From the IMG/VR virus record IMGVR_UViG_3300021185_001730, positions 5,531 through 69,530 of that record: 64,000 bases of DNA; one strand, 5' to 3'. The notes under the pieces are model-generated. The model was not told the origin of the DNA. It saw nothing but the letters and a program-made list of their open reading frames with translations, and did no database searches. The stretch is from a virus. A program made the position numbers and the translations under genes. Of the stretch, positions 1-11,700 are shown in pieces (within the stretch, counting starts at the first letter, position 1; each line of letters begins with the position of its first letter).

Positions 1-1
1 A

Positions 2-1522
2 CAAGGAACATCAGCATCATTAACCTTACCTAATACTTCTTATGGAAGTTTTACAGGTTGGAATAATTCACCATCTACATTAGCACAATCCATGCAAAAT
101 GCTTGGGTAGTAATAGATGATATGTATAGTGCTATTTCAACAATACAAGATAACTGTTGTCCTTCAGGATGTGATTCAGTAACTTTTGCATATACAGCAA
201 CATCATCATTAAATGCTGCAGGTATAATTGCATCAATTAATTTTGACTTTAATGCTTCAAGTATTCCAGGATCTTTTAATAGTTCAGTGGGTGCTAGTGT
301 GATTACTATTACTGATGATGATAATGTATCAGTTACTGCTACAGTAGATGTACCAGCATTACAAAGTTCTCCAGGAGGATTTAACTTTGCTATTCCAACA
401 TTAAATACATTTGGAGATTTATCTATTTTAGTTGATTTTTCAGTAACGGATGGTAATAGTACATGTGAAGATAGAATAGGATCAACAATAACAGGGATTA
501 TTCCTTGTCCAACTTCAGTATTACTAACGGCAGTGACACAAACAGGAGCATCATTAAATATTTCAAACGCATTAGGAACAACAGCTACTTATACAATAAG
601 AATAGTAAATGTTTCAACAGGAGTTGCAACACAAACTTATACAGTTAATAATCCTGGAGTTTCAATCACACAGGCAATAACTGGTTTAGCTGCAAACACA
701 GCTTATAAAGTAGAAATAGACATTGAGATAGATGGTCAGACTAATACAGATTGTGTTGATACACCATTTACTACTGCTACTGCAGATGCACCATGTACAG
801 ACGGAATGGATGTAGCATTTGTATTAGACTATACAAGCTCAATGAGTAATATAATTACTGCTGTTAAAGCTGGTGTTGCAAGTTTAGTAAATACTATAGA
901 TACTGCATCAGGTGCAAATGATTATAGATTAGCGTTAGTTACTGCAGATGAGTTTATACAACCACAACCTTTATATAGCGGATGTGCAGATTATATAAGC
1001 TTACCTGCTGCACAAAAAGTAGTAGCTGCTAGCCCATCAGGAACATATCAATATATTACTTCTTGGGAACAGTTTGCTACAAATAATGGAGCAACCTTTA
1101 CTACACAATTAAATAAACTTGATGGTGGTGTAGATGGAACATGTGTGAATCTTGGACAAGGAATGACTGTTCCTGAGCCAACAGATTATGCAGCTCAATT
1201 AATAACTGGCTCTTCAAATTTATCTGGAGTGCTTAGACCTAATGTTGCTAAATATGTAATTATACTAACTGATAACTTACCAGGAGGTCAATATGATTCA
1301 TTTGTACCACCTGTATGGGCAGGGATACAACAAATGATTGCTGATGCAAACGCTAATGGAATAAAGTATTTTGTTTGTGGAGCAGGAGCTGGTATGAGCG
1401 GAATGATAAATGGAACACAAATATTCCCTTGGAAAGAATTATCAACACAGACTGGAGGAAATTGGAATACAAGTGCTGATCCGTCAGTAATTTCTTCTGA
1501 GATAGTAGCAGGATGTTCATAA
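2..1522 (+). CDS. Virion structural/adhesion protein with FN3-like and C-terminal vWA domains (5' truncated by window)
   Basis: The frame is open from position 2 into the ATG at 92. FN3-like 'ITGLAANTAYKVEI'. vWA-like 'MDVAFVLDYTSSM...YVIILTDNLPGG...WKELSTQTGG'. Confidence 0.7.
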   Translation, partial: QGTSASLTLPNTSYGSFTGWNNSPSTLAQSMQNAWVVIDDMYSAISTIQDNCCPSGCDSVTFAYTATSSLNAAGIIASINFDFNASSIPGSFNSSVGASVITITDDDNVSVTATVDVPALQSSPGGFNFAIPTLNTFGDLSILVDFSVTDGNSTCEDRIGSTITGIIPCPTSVLLTAVTQTGASLNISNALGTTATYTIRIVNVSTGVATQTYTVNNPGVSITQAITGLAANTAYKVEIDIEIDGQTNTDCVDTPFTTATADAPCTDGMDVAFVLDYTSSMSNIITAVKAGVASLVNTIDTASGANDYRLALVTADEFIQPQPLYSGCADYISLPAAQKVVAASPSGTYQYITSWEQFATNNGATFTTQLNKLDGGVDGTCVNLGQGMTVPEPTDYAAQLITGSSNLSGVLRPNVAKYVIILTDNLPGGQYDSFVPPVWAGIQQMIADANANGIKYFVCGAGAGMSGMINGTQIFPWKELSTQTGGNWNTSADPSVISSEIVAGCS

Positions 1523-1537
1523 TAAAAAATAAAAGAA

Positions 1538-2098
1538 ATGGCATGTAATTGTACAAAATGTAGTAGTAAATGTAGCTGTGCTGACACAGCATTAACTAAT
1601 CCATGTTCTTACACTGATTGTAGTGTAGGAAGTGAAAGATGTGATGACATTCAGTGTGCAGCATGTGTAAGTTATTGTGGTACTACTTTTCAGATAGGTG
1701 ATCCAAGTGCACAAATAATGATTAAATCTGGTGATAGACTTGATGCTATAATTCAAAAGTTTGCATTAATATTTGCAAATGGATTGGGTACTTGTACTTC
1801 AGAAGATGTGGCACATGATCCATATAATGTATTTGCTGGTGAAGTTACAAGTTCAACAGCTAACATATTATGGAACGGTATATGGGCTAACAGCACAGGT
1901 ATTAATATTTATTATGATACTCAGGTTTCTCCATCAGGATGGACATTAGCAAATAGCACGCCTATTGTAACAACAATTACAAATTACACTATAACAAACT
2001 TAGTAGCTAGTACTGCTTATAAAGTTAAAGTAGTAGATGCCGGAATAGGTGCAGGTTGTAAACCAATAGAAATTTTATTTTCTACACTGGCTGCATAA
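1538..2098 (+). CDS. Cys-rich protein with C-terminal FN3-like domain, likely virion-associated
   Basis: 11 Cys in the first 47 aa; 'YTITNLVASTAYKVKV' FN3 signature; co-oriented with the upstream structural gene. Confidence 0.6.
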   Translation: MACNCTKCSSKCSCADTALTNPCSYTDCSVGSERCDDIQCAACVSYCGTTFQIGDPSAQIMIKSGDRLDAIIQKFALIFANGLGTCTSEDVAHDPYNVFAGEVTSSTANILWNGIWANSTGINIYYDTQVSPSGWTLANSTPIVTTITNYTITNLVASTAYKVKVVDAGIGAGCKPIEILFSTLAA

Positions 2099-2111
2099 CA
2101 AAAAAAACAAC

Positions 2112-2139
2112 TGTAGTGGTTTGTTGGTTTTCTACTGCA
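2112..2139 (+). other. Stem-loop with TTTGTTGGTTTT loop just upstream of a terminator
   Basis: TGTAGTGG (2112-2119) pairs with CTACTGCA (2132-2139), including two G-U pairs. Confidence 0.5.
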
Positions 2140-2147
2140 AACGTTGG

Positions 2148-2182
2148 GAGAGGCTGGGTATTACCCCAGTCTCTTTTTTTTT
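2148..2182 (+). terminator. Rho-independent terminator
   Basis: 11-bp stem GAGAGGCTGGG/CCCAGTCTCTT, loop TATTAC, followed by a T run. Confidence 0.85.
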
Positions 2183-2211
2183 AGTATCTTTATACAAAAA
2201 TAAATTAACAT

Positions 2212-3435
2212 ATGGATATTCTCAAAAAGAAAGTAATCAACTCATTAAAATGGAAAAAGAATAGCAGTATATCTGCTGAACGTTGTGACATGAGTGAGGA
2301 TGATTACATAAGAATAAAAAAAGAAGTTTTACAAGAAAGAAAGAAAGACAGGAAAAGAAGTAAGTTTTTCCATAAAGCTGCAGAACAATCACAGCTTGTT
2401 GAGTCAATAGATTTAGATAAAGGAGAAGGAAAAATATCAGGTACGTTTGATCATGAACCTAAAAGTGCAGAGGAGATTATACAACTGCTCAAGATTGATA
2501 CAGATAAATGGAAGTTATCACAGTACTGGAATAAACAAATGGGTGATCACTGGAGAGTGTCAGCATTGGTAACTAAACTAAAAGATCAAGAAGAAAATCT
2601 TTTTAAAAATTTATTAGATGTTTGGAAACCTAAAAAACACAAGCTCCCAAAGTTTAATTTAAAATCAAATAATAATTTAGATCCTGTATGTGGGGTTATA
2701 TCATTACAGGATATACACTTTGGAAAAGAAGGTAATGATACAATAGATAAAGATTTTGAAGATACTATTAAATATTTGATAGGTAAGGCTGCACCAGTAC
2801 ATTATATAGAAAGAATGTATTTTGTTGTAGGAGGTGATTTAATCAATATGGATACCTTTGAGGGGACTACCACTAGTGGAACAGGTGTAGACAACTGTAT
2901 GACAGCTACAGAGGCTTATGTGCAAGCATTTGATGCCATGCATTGGGCTATAAATTACATAAAAGCATTTTGTAAAGATTTGGTGGTTGTATATGTACCA
3001 GGTAATCATGATAGATTATCATCTTTTCATTTAGTCCATGCATTATCTAAATCAATTGATAGTGATGAAATAACTTGGGATACAAAGTATGAAGAAAGAA
3101 AAGTTCATGTATGGCATAATAATTTTAATGCATTTGAGCATGGAGATAAAAGAAGTAAAAATAATCCTTTAATATATGCTTCAGAGTATCCAAGAGAATG
3201 GGGTGCTACTATTAATAGAACACTGTTTAAAGGTCATATACATACAGACAGAAAGGTAGAATATATGACTTCAAATGAGACAGCTGGATTCATAGAAAAG
3301 ACTCTTCCTAGTTTAGGTAAGACTGATTATTATCATTATAGTAATAAATATGTAGGTAATAGGAGATCAGGTAAATTAGAGATTCAACATCCTACAATGG
3401 GAAATATATGTGAATTAACCTACCAAGCTTTGTAA
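2212..3435 (+). CDS. Calcineurin-like metallophosphoesterase (SbcD/Mre11-like fold)
   Basis: Motifs QDIHFG, GGDLIN.D, PGNHD, HGD and GHIH in the canonical order. Confidence 0.85.
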   Translation: MDILKKKVINSLKWKKNSSISAERCDMSEDDYIRIKKEVLQERKKDRKRSKFFHKAAEQSQLVESIDLDKGEGKISGTFDHEPKSAEEIIQLLKIDTDKWKLSQYWNKQMGDHWRVSALVTKLKDQEENLFKNLLDVWKPKKHKLPKFNLKSNNNLDPVCGVISLQDIHFGKEGNDTIDKDFEDTIKYLIGKAAPVHYIERMYFVVGGDLINMDTFEGTTTSGTGVDNCMTATEAYVQAFDAMHWAINYIKAFCKDLVVVYVPGNHDRLSSFHLVHALSKSIDSDEITWDTKYEERKVHVWHNNFNAFEHGDKRSKNNPLIYASEYPREWGATINRTLFKGHIHTDRKVEYMTSNETAGFIEKTLPSLGKTDYYHYSNKYVGNRRSGKLEIQHPTMGNICELTYQAL

Positions 3436-3473
3436 AGACTCCACTTTTAATTTCATTAAGTGGGGTTTTTTTT
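3436..3473 (+). terminator. Rho-independent terminator
   Basis: AGACTCCACTT/AAGTGGGGTTT stem followed by a T run, directly after the stop at 3435. Confidence 0.8.
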
Positions 3474-3489
3474 GTAAATTATAAATGTA
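3471..3489 (+). promoter_or_regulatory. Putative phage late promoter motif TTTGTAAATTA-N4-TGTA
   Basis: Matches the motif recurring at 16200, 44971, 48553 and 48628, each upstream of + strand virion/lysis genes. Confidence 0.5.
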
Positions 3490-3494
3490 ACCGT

Positions 3495-4061
3495 ATGATA
3501 AATAATTTTAAAAAACCCAATTTAAATGCTCCAAGATATAGGCAAAAAAGATTAGGTATATTAAATGAAGAAACATATAGAGAGTTTAAAGATAAAAAAC
3601 CTTTATACTCTGAGATAGATAATAAGAAATTAAAATTAATAATTAAAACATATAATGAAAATTTATGGAAGGCAGCAATATCTAATAGAGACGGAGTAGA
3701 ATTACCAGATTCATTAGGGTATTTGTTTATTGGCACATGTCCTAATTCACAATCTGTTAATACTGATTATGCTCTATCAAATAAATATGGCAAGGTCTTA
3801 CAGAACAAAAATTGGGAAACAGATGGCAATATAGGTAAAATATTTTATACAAACTGGTCTGCAAAATATAGATTTAAGAATAGAGATCTATGGAGATTTA
3901 AAGCTTGTAGAAATTTTAAAAGATCAGTTGCTAAACATTACCCTTTAAATTGGACAAAGTATGTGGTTATGAAAAATAAATATAGAGTAGCACATCTTTA
4001 TGATGAGCAAGCAGAAAAAACCAAACATGCTCTAAAAAAGTATAATGAATTTGAAATATAA
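3495..4061 (+). CDS. IHF/HU-like DNA-binding protein of the crAss-like tail module
   Basis: Basic protein; helix followed by 'GVELPDSLGYLFI' resembling the HU/IHF beta-arm start; sits just upstream of the tail ring genes as in crAss-like phages. Confidence 0.55.
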   Translation: MINNFKKPNLNAPRYRQKRLGILNEETYREFKDKKPLYSEIDNKKLKLIIKTYNENLWKAAISNRDGVELPDSLGYLFIGTCPNSQSVNTDYALSNKYGKVLQNKNWETDGNIGKIFYTNWSAKYRFKNRDLWRFKACRNFKRSVAKHYPLNWTKYVVMKNKYRVAHLYDEQAEKTKHALKKYNEFEI

Positions 4062-4066
4062 ATAAC

Positions 4067-4741
4067 ATGTCAACAATAGCAGAAGTAGTATCAAGAATAA
4101 GAGGTCAGGTTAAAGCCGAGGTACAGGATGCATTTATTACAGATAGATATATTTATAGTTTGGTTGAAAAGTTTGCTCAAGTTTTAATGAGAAGACAAGA
4201 CTATGCAAACAAGCTAATGAAGTTTAATTCTGTTTGGAAAACATTACCTTATGTAGAATTAATAGAAGTAGATAAGGTTGAAGCAGGATGTAGTGGAATT
4301 CAAAGTGGATGTACTATAAAACGTACAAAGCATAGACTTCCTGATATGATAGAAGGTTACTGGGGTCCATTGATCCGTACTATTAGTTCTATAGATGGAT
4401 CACAAGAGTTACAGGCAACTCAGCCTGGAACATACACATCAATGACAAAGACAACAAGCTTTAGATATAATAAGACATTATATTTTTGGTGGTTAGATGG
4501 TTATATATATTCTCCTAATATTGCATGGGATGCATTAAAAGTAGAAGGAGTTTTTAATTCTGATATAACTAGATGGAACTGTGATACTGAAGATGACTGT
4601 ACGCCAAGATATGAGCAACCTATTTATATTCCAGAAGCATTATTTGCTGAAATAGAAGGATCAGTTATTCAAACTATGATGGGCACAATGCAAATCCCTT
4701 CTGAGGATTCAGACAACAAACGTAATATAAATAGACAATAA
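4067..4741 (+). CDS. Putative tail ring / head-tail connector protein
   Basis: Size, position between the IHF-like and tubular genes, and 'DRYIYSL...YFWWLDGYIY...VEGVF' pattern resemble crAss-like ring proteins. Confidence 0.55.
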   Translation: MSTIAEVVSRIRGQVKAEVQDAFITDRYIYSLVEKFAQVLMRRQDYANKLMKFNSVWKTLPYVELIEVDKVEAGCSGIQSGCTIKRTKHRLPDMIEGYWGPLIRTISSIDGSQELQATQPGTYTSMTKTTSFRYNKTLYFWWLDGYIYSPNIAWDALKVEGVFNSDITRWNCDTEDDCTPRYEQPIYIPEALFAEIEGSVIQTMMGTMQIPSEDSDNKRNINRQ

Positions 4742-5700
4742 TGGGAGTATCAAATAAATATAGAACATTCAGTCAATTGATGGAAGATGTTTCCATTGAT
4801 TTTTCTAATTATGCATTAGAAGGTATGATAGAACCGCAACAACTTATTAAAGTTGCAACACGGGTTAATTATGATTTAGGATTAAAAATACATAGAACAA
4901 AGCAAACAGTTATAGATATAGAACATGGTAAAGCACAATTACCTATGGACTTTGCATATATAAATTATGCATTTAGATGTGGCTCATATACAGTAAATAA
5001 CTCTATGCCATCTGGAACACATGTAGAAACATTTAATGATGTGCCTTATGTACCAGCACCTTCAGATAAAGCACCATGTAGTACAGATGACACATGTAAA
5101 GATGTCTGCGTTATTAAAACATGTAATGATACTGATAGCTATCAATTAGTACAAAGAGTTGGTCCTAGTCAATATAGACAGTTTAGTAGTTGGACACAAT
5201 TGAGAATAAGTAATGTAAATGATCCAACATGTTTTTGCCCTGGTCTAGGTGCTCAAGCATTAGACGTAGCAGAAATAAAAGATGGGTTTTTGATAACTAC
5301 ATTTAAAACTGGCAAAGTATATATAAGTTACCAGGGTTCTATGGAAAATGCTGATGGAGACTTATTAGTATTAGATCAACCATATTGCAATGAATATTAT
5401 GAGTATGCGTTAAAACAAAGAATATTAGAAAATATGGTTTGGCAAGGAGAAAATGTTTCTCAGCAATTAGGTTTAGTAGAACAAAGATTAAGAGCTGCTA
5501 GAAATAATGCTTTGAGTTTTGTTAATACACCAGACTTTAGAGAGATGAGAAAAATGTGGGAGGTTAATAGAAGAGCACAATATCATAATTATTACAATAT
5601 GTTCTTAAGCTATGCTCCTGTTAATCCAAGGTTAGCTGGTCCAGCTGTTGTTAGTAGTGATGGTACTTCATCAACTACTTCTACATCAACTTGTAATTAA
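4741..5700 (+). CDS. Putative tail tubular (P22 gp4-like) ring protein with Cys-rich insert
   Basis: 'IEHGKAQLPMDF', 'GFLITTFKTGKVYISYQG...DGDLLVLD'; stop/start overlap with the upstream gene; precedes the stabilization protein. Confidence 0.6.
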   Translation: MGVSNKYRTFSQLMEDVSIDFSNYALEGMIEPQQLIKVATRVNYDLGLKIHRTKQTVIDIEHGKAQLPMDFAYINYAFRCGSYTVNNSMPSGTHVETFNDVPYVPAPSDKAPCSTDDTCKDVCVIKTCNDTDSYQLVQRVGPSQYRQFSSWTQLRISNVNDPTCFCPGLGAQALDVAEIKDGFLITTFKTGKVYISYQGSMENADGDLLVLDQPYCNEYYEYALKQRILENMVWQGENVSQQLGLVEQRLRAARNNALSFVNTPDFREMRKMWEVNRRAQYHNYYNMFLSYAPVNPRLAGPAVVSSDGTSSTTSTSTCN

Positions 5701-5713
5701 TTAACAATATTTA

Positions 5714-8700
5714 TTGGTAATGGCAAAAAAGAAGGCAACATCTAAATCAAAAGCACCAACACAAAGGAAAGCACCTCAAAGTAAAAGTAGCTCCTCTGTT
5801 TCAACAAACACATTCTCAAAAGGAATGAATAAGGATATTACGCCCTCATTTGAGCCTAATAATTCTTGGTATCATGCAATAAATGCTGCAAACAACAGTA
5901 GTGATGGTGACATAGGTGTTATTGGAAATGAGCCAGCTAATTTACAATGCGGAGTAATACCTTATACAATTATAGGTGCAATACATAGATATGCAGATGA
6001 ATGGGTTGTATACTCAACTGATGGTATTAGTAGTGAGATAGGAAGATTTGATGATAGTGAATGTAAATATGAAGTTATAGTAAATGACCCATGTTTAAAT
6101 TTTAAAAAGAAACATTTAATTACAGGAGCAGCAAAAGAAAATTTTGATTGTACCTGGCAAGTATATTGGGATGATGGTCTTAATCCATCACGCTCAATGA
6201 ATATTGATAATGTACCTTATATTCAAGAACTTGTTTCAGGACCTGATCTTGATGGTGAACCTTGTGTTATATATCAAGACTCACCTTTTTTAGATTGTGA
6301 AAAGATAAGATTACATCCTTTAGTTGATACTCCATGCTTACAACTTACAAAAGCTACTGATGGTGGTACTTTATTAAATGGAGCATACCAAGCTTACATA
6401 GCTTATACTGAAAATGATCAGGTTATATCAGACTACATAGGTATATCAAATATTCAAACTCTATGGTCACATAGAGGTAGTGGTGGATCATTAGATGTTA
6501 CATTAAGCAATTTAGATAAAGATTATTTCTATTTTGATTTAGTTCTTTTAATAAGACAACAAGGTCAAATATATACAAAAAGAATAGGTAACTATAGTAC
6601 TGAAGTTGCTAGTATTAATGTAGATTATATTGATCAAGCATTAATATCTATTTCATTTGAAGATTTATTTAGACAGTCTCCTTTGTATGAAAAATCAGAA
6701 GCCATGTATGTGGTAAATGATTATTTAATTAGACAAGGACCAACTGAGCAGTTTGATTTTAATTATCAGCCTTTGGCTAATAACATTAGAACAAACTGGG
6801 TTATAAATGAAGTTAGTCAAGATTATTATATAAATGCTGGTAATAAGATTGGCTTTATGCGTGATGAGCAGTATGCCTTTTTTATAAGGTGGATATATAA
6901 TACTGGAGAAAGATCTTCATCATATCACATACCAGGTAGAGGACCACAAGATTATACTTTACCTAATGGTAATATTGAAAATGAAAGAGAAGTTATATTT
7001 GGTACTAATGTTTTAGATCCAGATGGTGATCCATTATTTAAAGTTTATAATACAGCCTCAGGTGGTGCTGTACCAGTAGAACCTCAGCCTGATGGTAGTA
7101 ATATTATAGCTAGGGGTCAAATGGGTTATTGGGAATCAACAGAAAGGTATCCTGATAAAACTCCAGAAATTTGGAATTCAAGTTCACACACTTGGTCAAA
7201 TGAGTTTGATCCTAGTGCTGAATTATGTGGTGAGTTTATTAGGCATCACAAAATGCCTAGTGAAATGGTAGATCCTTTATTAACTATATCTGATAATAAT
7301 GATAGTGGTATACGTATTTTAGGAGTAGAGTTTTCAAATATAAAAAGACCATTGTATAATGATGGTACACCTATTCTAAATATTCAAGGTTATGAAGTAT
7401 TAAGAGGATCAAGGTTAGGTAATAAAACTATTCTTGCTAAAGGTATGTTTAAAAACATGCGTAAGTATGATGTACCTGCTGATCAAAATTTATTAGGTAA
7501 TGCACAAGGTTTATATCCTAATTACCCATATAATGATTTAAGATGTGATGTATATCATACTACACATAGAAGAACAGAAGGATGTGATAATGGCGTAGCA
7601 GGATCAGTAGCCAACTATAATGCATTATGTGGTTTTACAGAAGATGTATTTACATTCCACTCACCTGATTTAATGTTTACGAAACCATATTTAAATGCAT
7701 ATGAAACTGTATTCTATGGTCAGATAAATGGTAAAGCACAAGGTGGTTTTATACCTTCTGAAAAACATCCACAGCAAAAACTACTTAGAAATATTACATC
7801 ATACTTATCTGCTATTATAGGTATTGGTTATGCTTTTAGAAATATTAATGGTACACCAGATACTAAATCTTTACCTACTCAGGCTATTAATAATGCATTT
7901 CCTGAATGGCTTTTAAAATTCAAGAATCTTAATATTAATGAATTTTTAACTGCAACAGCAACTGTACCGCCAGCAGTTCTGGTTACTACAGATACTTTTA
8001 ATGCTAGTGGTGGTGGTACAGATAATACTGGACAGAACAATACCAATAATCAAAAAGGAGGTAATGCAGAAACTGGTGCACATGATGCAATTGATGCTTA
8101 TGTGACTACACAAACTGCTAGTGGACCTTTTAACATATTTAATTTTCTTGGAGAATTATTTGGTGCTGGAGTAGATAATTTATTACAAGGTCTTGGTGTT
8201 GATGAAACATTAAAAGATAGATTAGAAGACCAAGCAATAGAAAATATTCAAGCAACTACACAGGGACCACAGAATGGTATGGGTCTTATGGGTGGTGGTG
8301 CTCAGCAAGGTGTTACCTTAGACAGTTCAGAGTCAAACTTATCAAGAGTATTTAGAATAGCAATGTCTACTACAATGTTACAGAAAAACATTGCTGTTGG
8401 AGGACAAGAAATTATTGATCTTATTTATAATTTAACTAGTTTTGAAGAACACACTTTTAAATACAATTCACATGGGTTCTATAGTAACTTTAGTGCTGGT
8501 TCAATAAATGCTACATATAGAACTTTAAATGAAGCTGCAAACTACATTGGTTCATCATTTCAAACATTTGATCAAAATCAATATAAAATAAATAATTTAT
8601 TTAGACCAAACACAGTTGCAATATCTACAGTAGATCCTATTGATTCTAATCTTTATGCAGTTCAAGACACCTCAAGATTTACATTAGGTGGATATTGTCC

Positions 8701-11700
8701 ATCTAACTCAAATGCTGCTTCAGGAGTTAATTGGGGGAATGCAAATGAAAGATTATTAAATCCAGAAGGCCCGTGGGGATCAAATATATCTGCACTTTAT
8801 GGTGCACTTAAATTTAATATGGATAATCAATATGGTCAGCTTGATGGTATTAAACAAGTTCAAATGAGAGGTTGTGTTAATAATCTTGATCAAACAAATC
8901 CTGTAGATTTTAAGTATACTAGTTCAGCAGTATTTAGTGGTGATGTATTTATTGGTAGATATACTGAGAAATGTATTATGCCTTTATTTACAGATTTTTT
9001 AATAGGGCAATATGATGGTTATCCATTTGATTACTTTTTAAGATATAATATTCCTTACCCAAGATATTGGGTTAATAGTAGAAAGTATGATTTAGGATCA
9101 TTAGCAGAGCTGGTATCTACATTTGGTTTAAGTGCTGTATTTACTCCAAATAGCAATGATCTACCAAATGACTATTACTATTTAGATAGAGGTAATACTT
9201 GTGGCTGGGACTTTTTTCCATTATCTCTTTTTAATGGTGATAGTTTAAATTATACTTTTGCCATGAATCATGCATACATGTATACTCATGTAAATGGTAT
9301 AAATGATTTTTATGTTGAGACAGAAATTAATATAGCTTATAGAGATTGGGAAGAACCTAAAGAAAGAAGATTTTATGATACATATGAATATAATGATTTA
9401 GGAGATTTATTTCACGCTGAGATACAGAAGTTTGATAATTTTTATAAGTATGATGAATCTCTTAGCCCATCAAAGTTTATAACACAAAACACAAACTTTG
9501 CTGAGATACAACCAAGAGACTATAATCCTTTGGTTGCAGAAACATGTTATACAGCTTACCCAAAGAGATTGATCTATTCTTTACAAGCTAATGAAGAAGA
9601 TAGAAAAGATTATTGGAGACAATATTTATTTGCTAACTATAAAGATTTTAAAAATATAGTTTCAGTTATAAAACCATTTAATAAAAATGGAGCTGTAATA
9701 TTTTTCCCATATCAATCACCACAAATGTTTGATGGATCTTTTCAATTAAAAACAGATGTAAATACATTAGTATCAGTAGGAGACGGAGCATTGTTTAAGC
9801 AGAAGCTAATGAATATAGTTAATTCTGATTTAAGTAATGAATATGGATCATTAGAGAGTCAGAGAGGTATTATAAATACACCAGCTGGACTATTTTATAT
9901 TTCTCAAGCTCAAGGTAAGATATTTCAATTTACACCTGGTAAAGGATTAAATGCTATATCTAATCAAGGGATGAAATGGTGGTTTAATAAATATTTACCA
10001 TCAAGATTTATAAAACAATTCCCACAATCAGAAGGTACAGAATGGGTTGACAATCCTGTAGTAGGAGTGGGTTGTCAAGTTATGTATGATCCTAATGATG
10101 ACATAGTCTACTTTATGAAGAAAGATTTTTCATTAAAATCTGAGTGGGCTGATAAAGCAACATTTTTTGATGATTTAAGTTTACCAGTAAGGATTGATGT
10201 GCCTTGGCAAGTAAAGGATATACCTGTAGCTATAGGTGATCCAATCTTTTTTGATGATTGTTCTTGGACTATAAGTTATGATGTTAAAGCTAACGCATGG
10301 ATATCATTCCATGATTGGCATCCAGAATTTGCATTACCAAGTATAAATCATTTCTTCACTACAAAAACAATTGATAGTGAAATTCCAATATGTCCTCCAG
10401 GATATACATTTAATTCTACAACAGGTGAATGTGAAAATATTATAAATATTACTGAGCCACAAACAGTAACAGTAGATGATATACCCGCAACTGTTACAGG
10501 TGGACCACAAGATTGTTTGATAGATATAGTAGTATGTATGGATGCATCTGGTAGTACAGGTACTCCTCTACCTAATACAAATAGTTTAGCAGATGCAGAA
10601 TTAACATGGTTAGTAGCTTTTATAGATGATCCTGCTATACAAGCAGGTTTGACTAATGGTACTATTCAAATAGGTTTTCAAGTATGGGCAGTTGGTACAG
10701 CAATAGGAAACCCAACTGGTACAGGAGAATCTATGTTAAGTAGTGTCACAGGGGCTCAAGCAAGAACTTGGTATCAAAATAACTGGACAAATACACCTCC
10801 TGGTCCTAATAATATAGGGGGTGGAACAAATCCACAAGCTGCCAGAACTGATGGCTTAATTCAGTTAAACAATAAAGCTGGTTCAGCATTAGCTGCTAAT
10901 TATCCAGCAAGATCTGCAGATCCAAACTTTAGACAAGTATTAATAGGAGTAACTGATGGTACAGCTATATTTAACGGACAAGATCCATTAACCCCAACTT
11001 CATTTTCTCAACTACAAAGTGCAAATCTTATACCTGGTTCAGGAGGACCTCTTAATCAAGAATTACTTGCTGTATTTGTAGGTCCAAATAATGCAAACGT
11101 TGGAAATTCAACAATTATAGATCAATGGACAGTTGGTCCAACAGGTAGTGGGGTGGGGCCTGCAAGTGCTTATTATGGTGCAACAGGTGCTAATGTACCA
11201 GGTCCTGGTCAATTTACTATGGCAGCAAATAATCCTGCATCACTAACACAAACTGCAAATGCAATAGCTGCAGATATATGTTCTATACCATATGACTGTA
11301 GTTGTCCTTCAGGTTATACTTTAATATATCCTGATCTAGGTGGTACAGGTTTCTATACACAACAAACGGGAACTTGTGATGATATTAATCCACCTATATG
11401 CAGAAAGGTAGAATGTCCAGACTGCCCTCCAGGTCCCGTAAATACAGTTACAACTGCTTTAGGTACTTGTCCAGATACATTCCCTGAGCTAGGATACATA
11501 GGAGATCCTAACTGGGTTGACCCAACACCACCACAATGTAATTACTACTATGCTGATTTTGTACAAGCTAATTATAAAGTAGGATCATTTTGGAGACACA
11601 ATGTTAGATGTGATTTATTTGCAAATTATTACGGTGATAGTTATGCTTGGGAGGTAGAATTAATTAATAACACTGGTCAGCAAGTAAATACTATAAGAAG

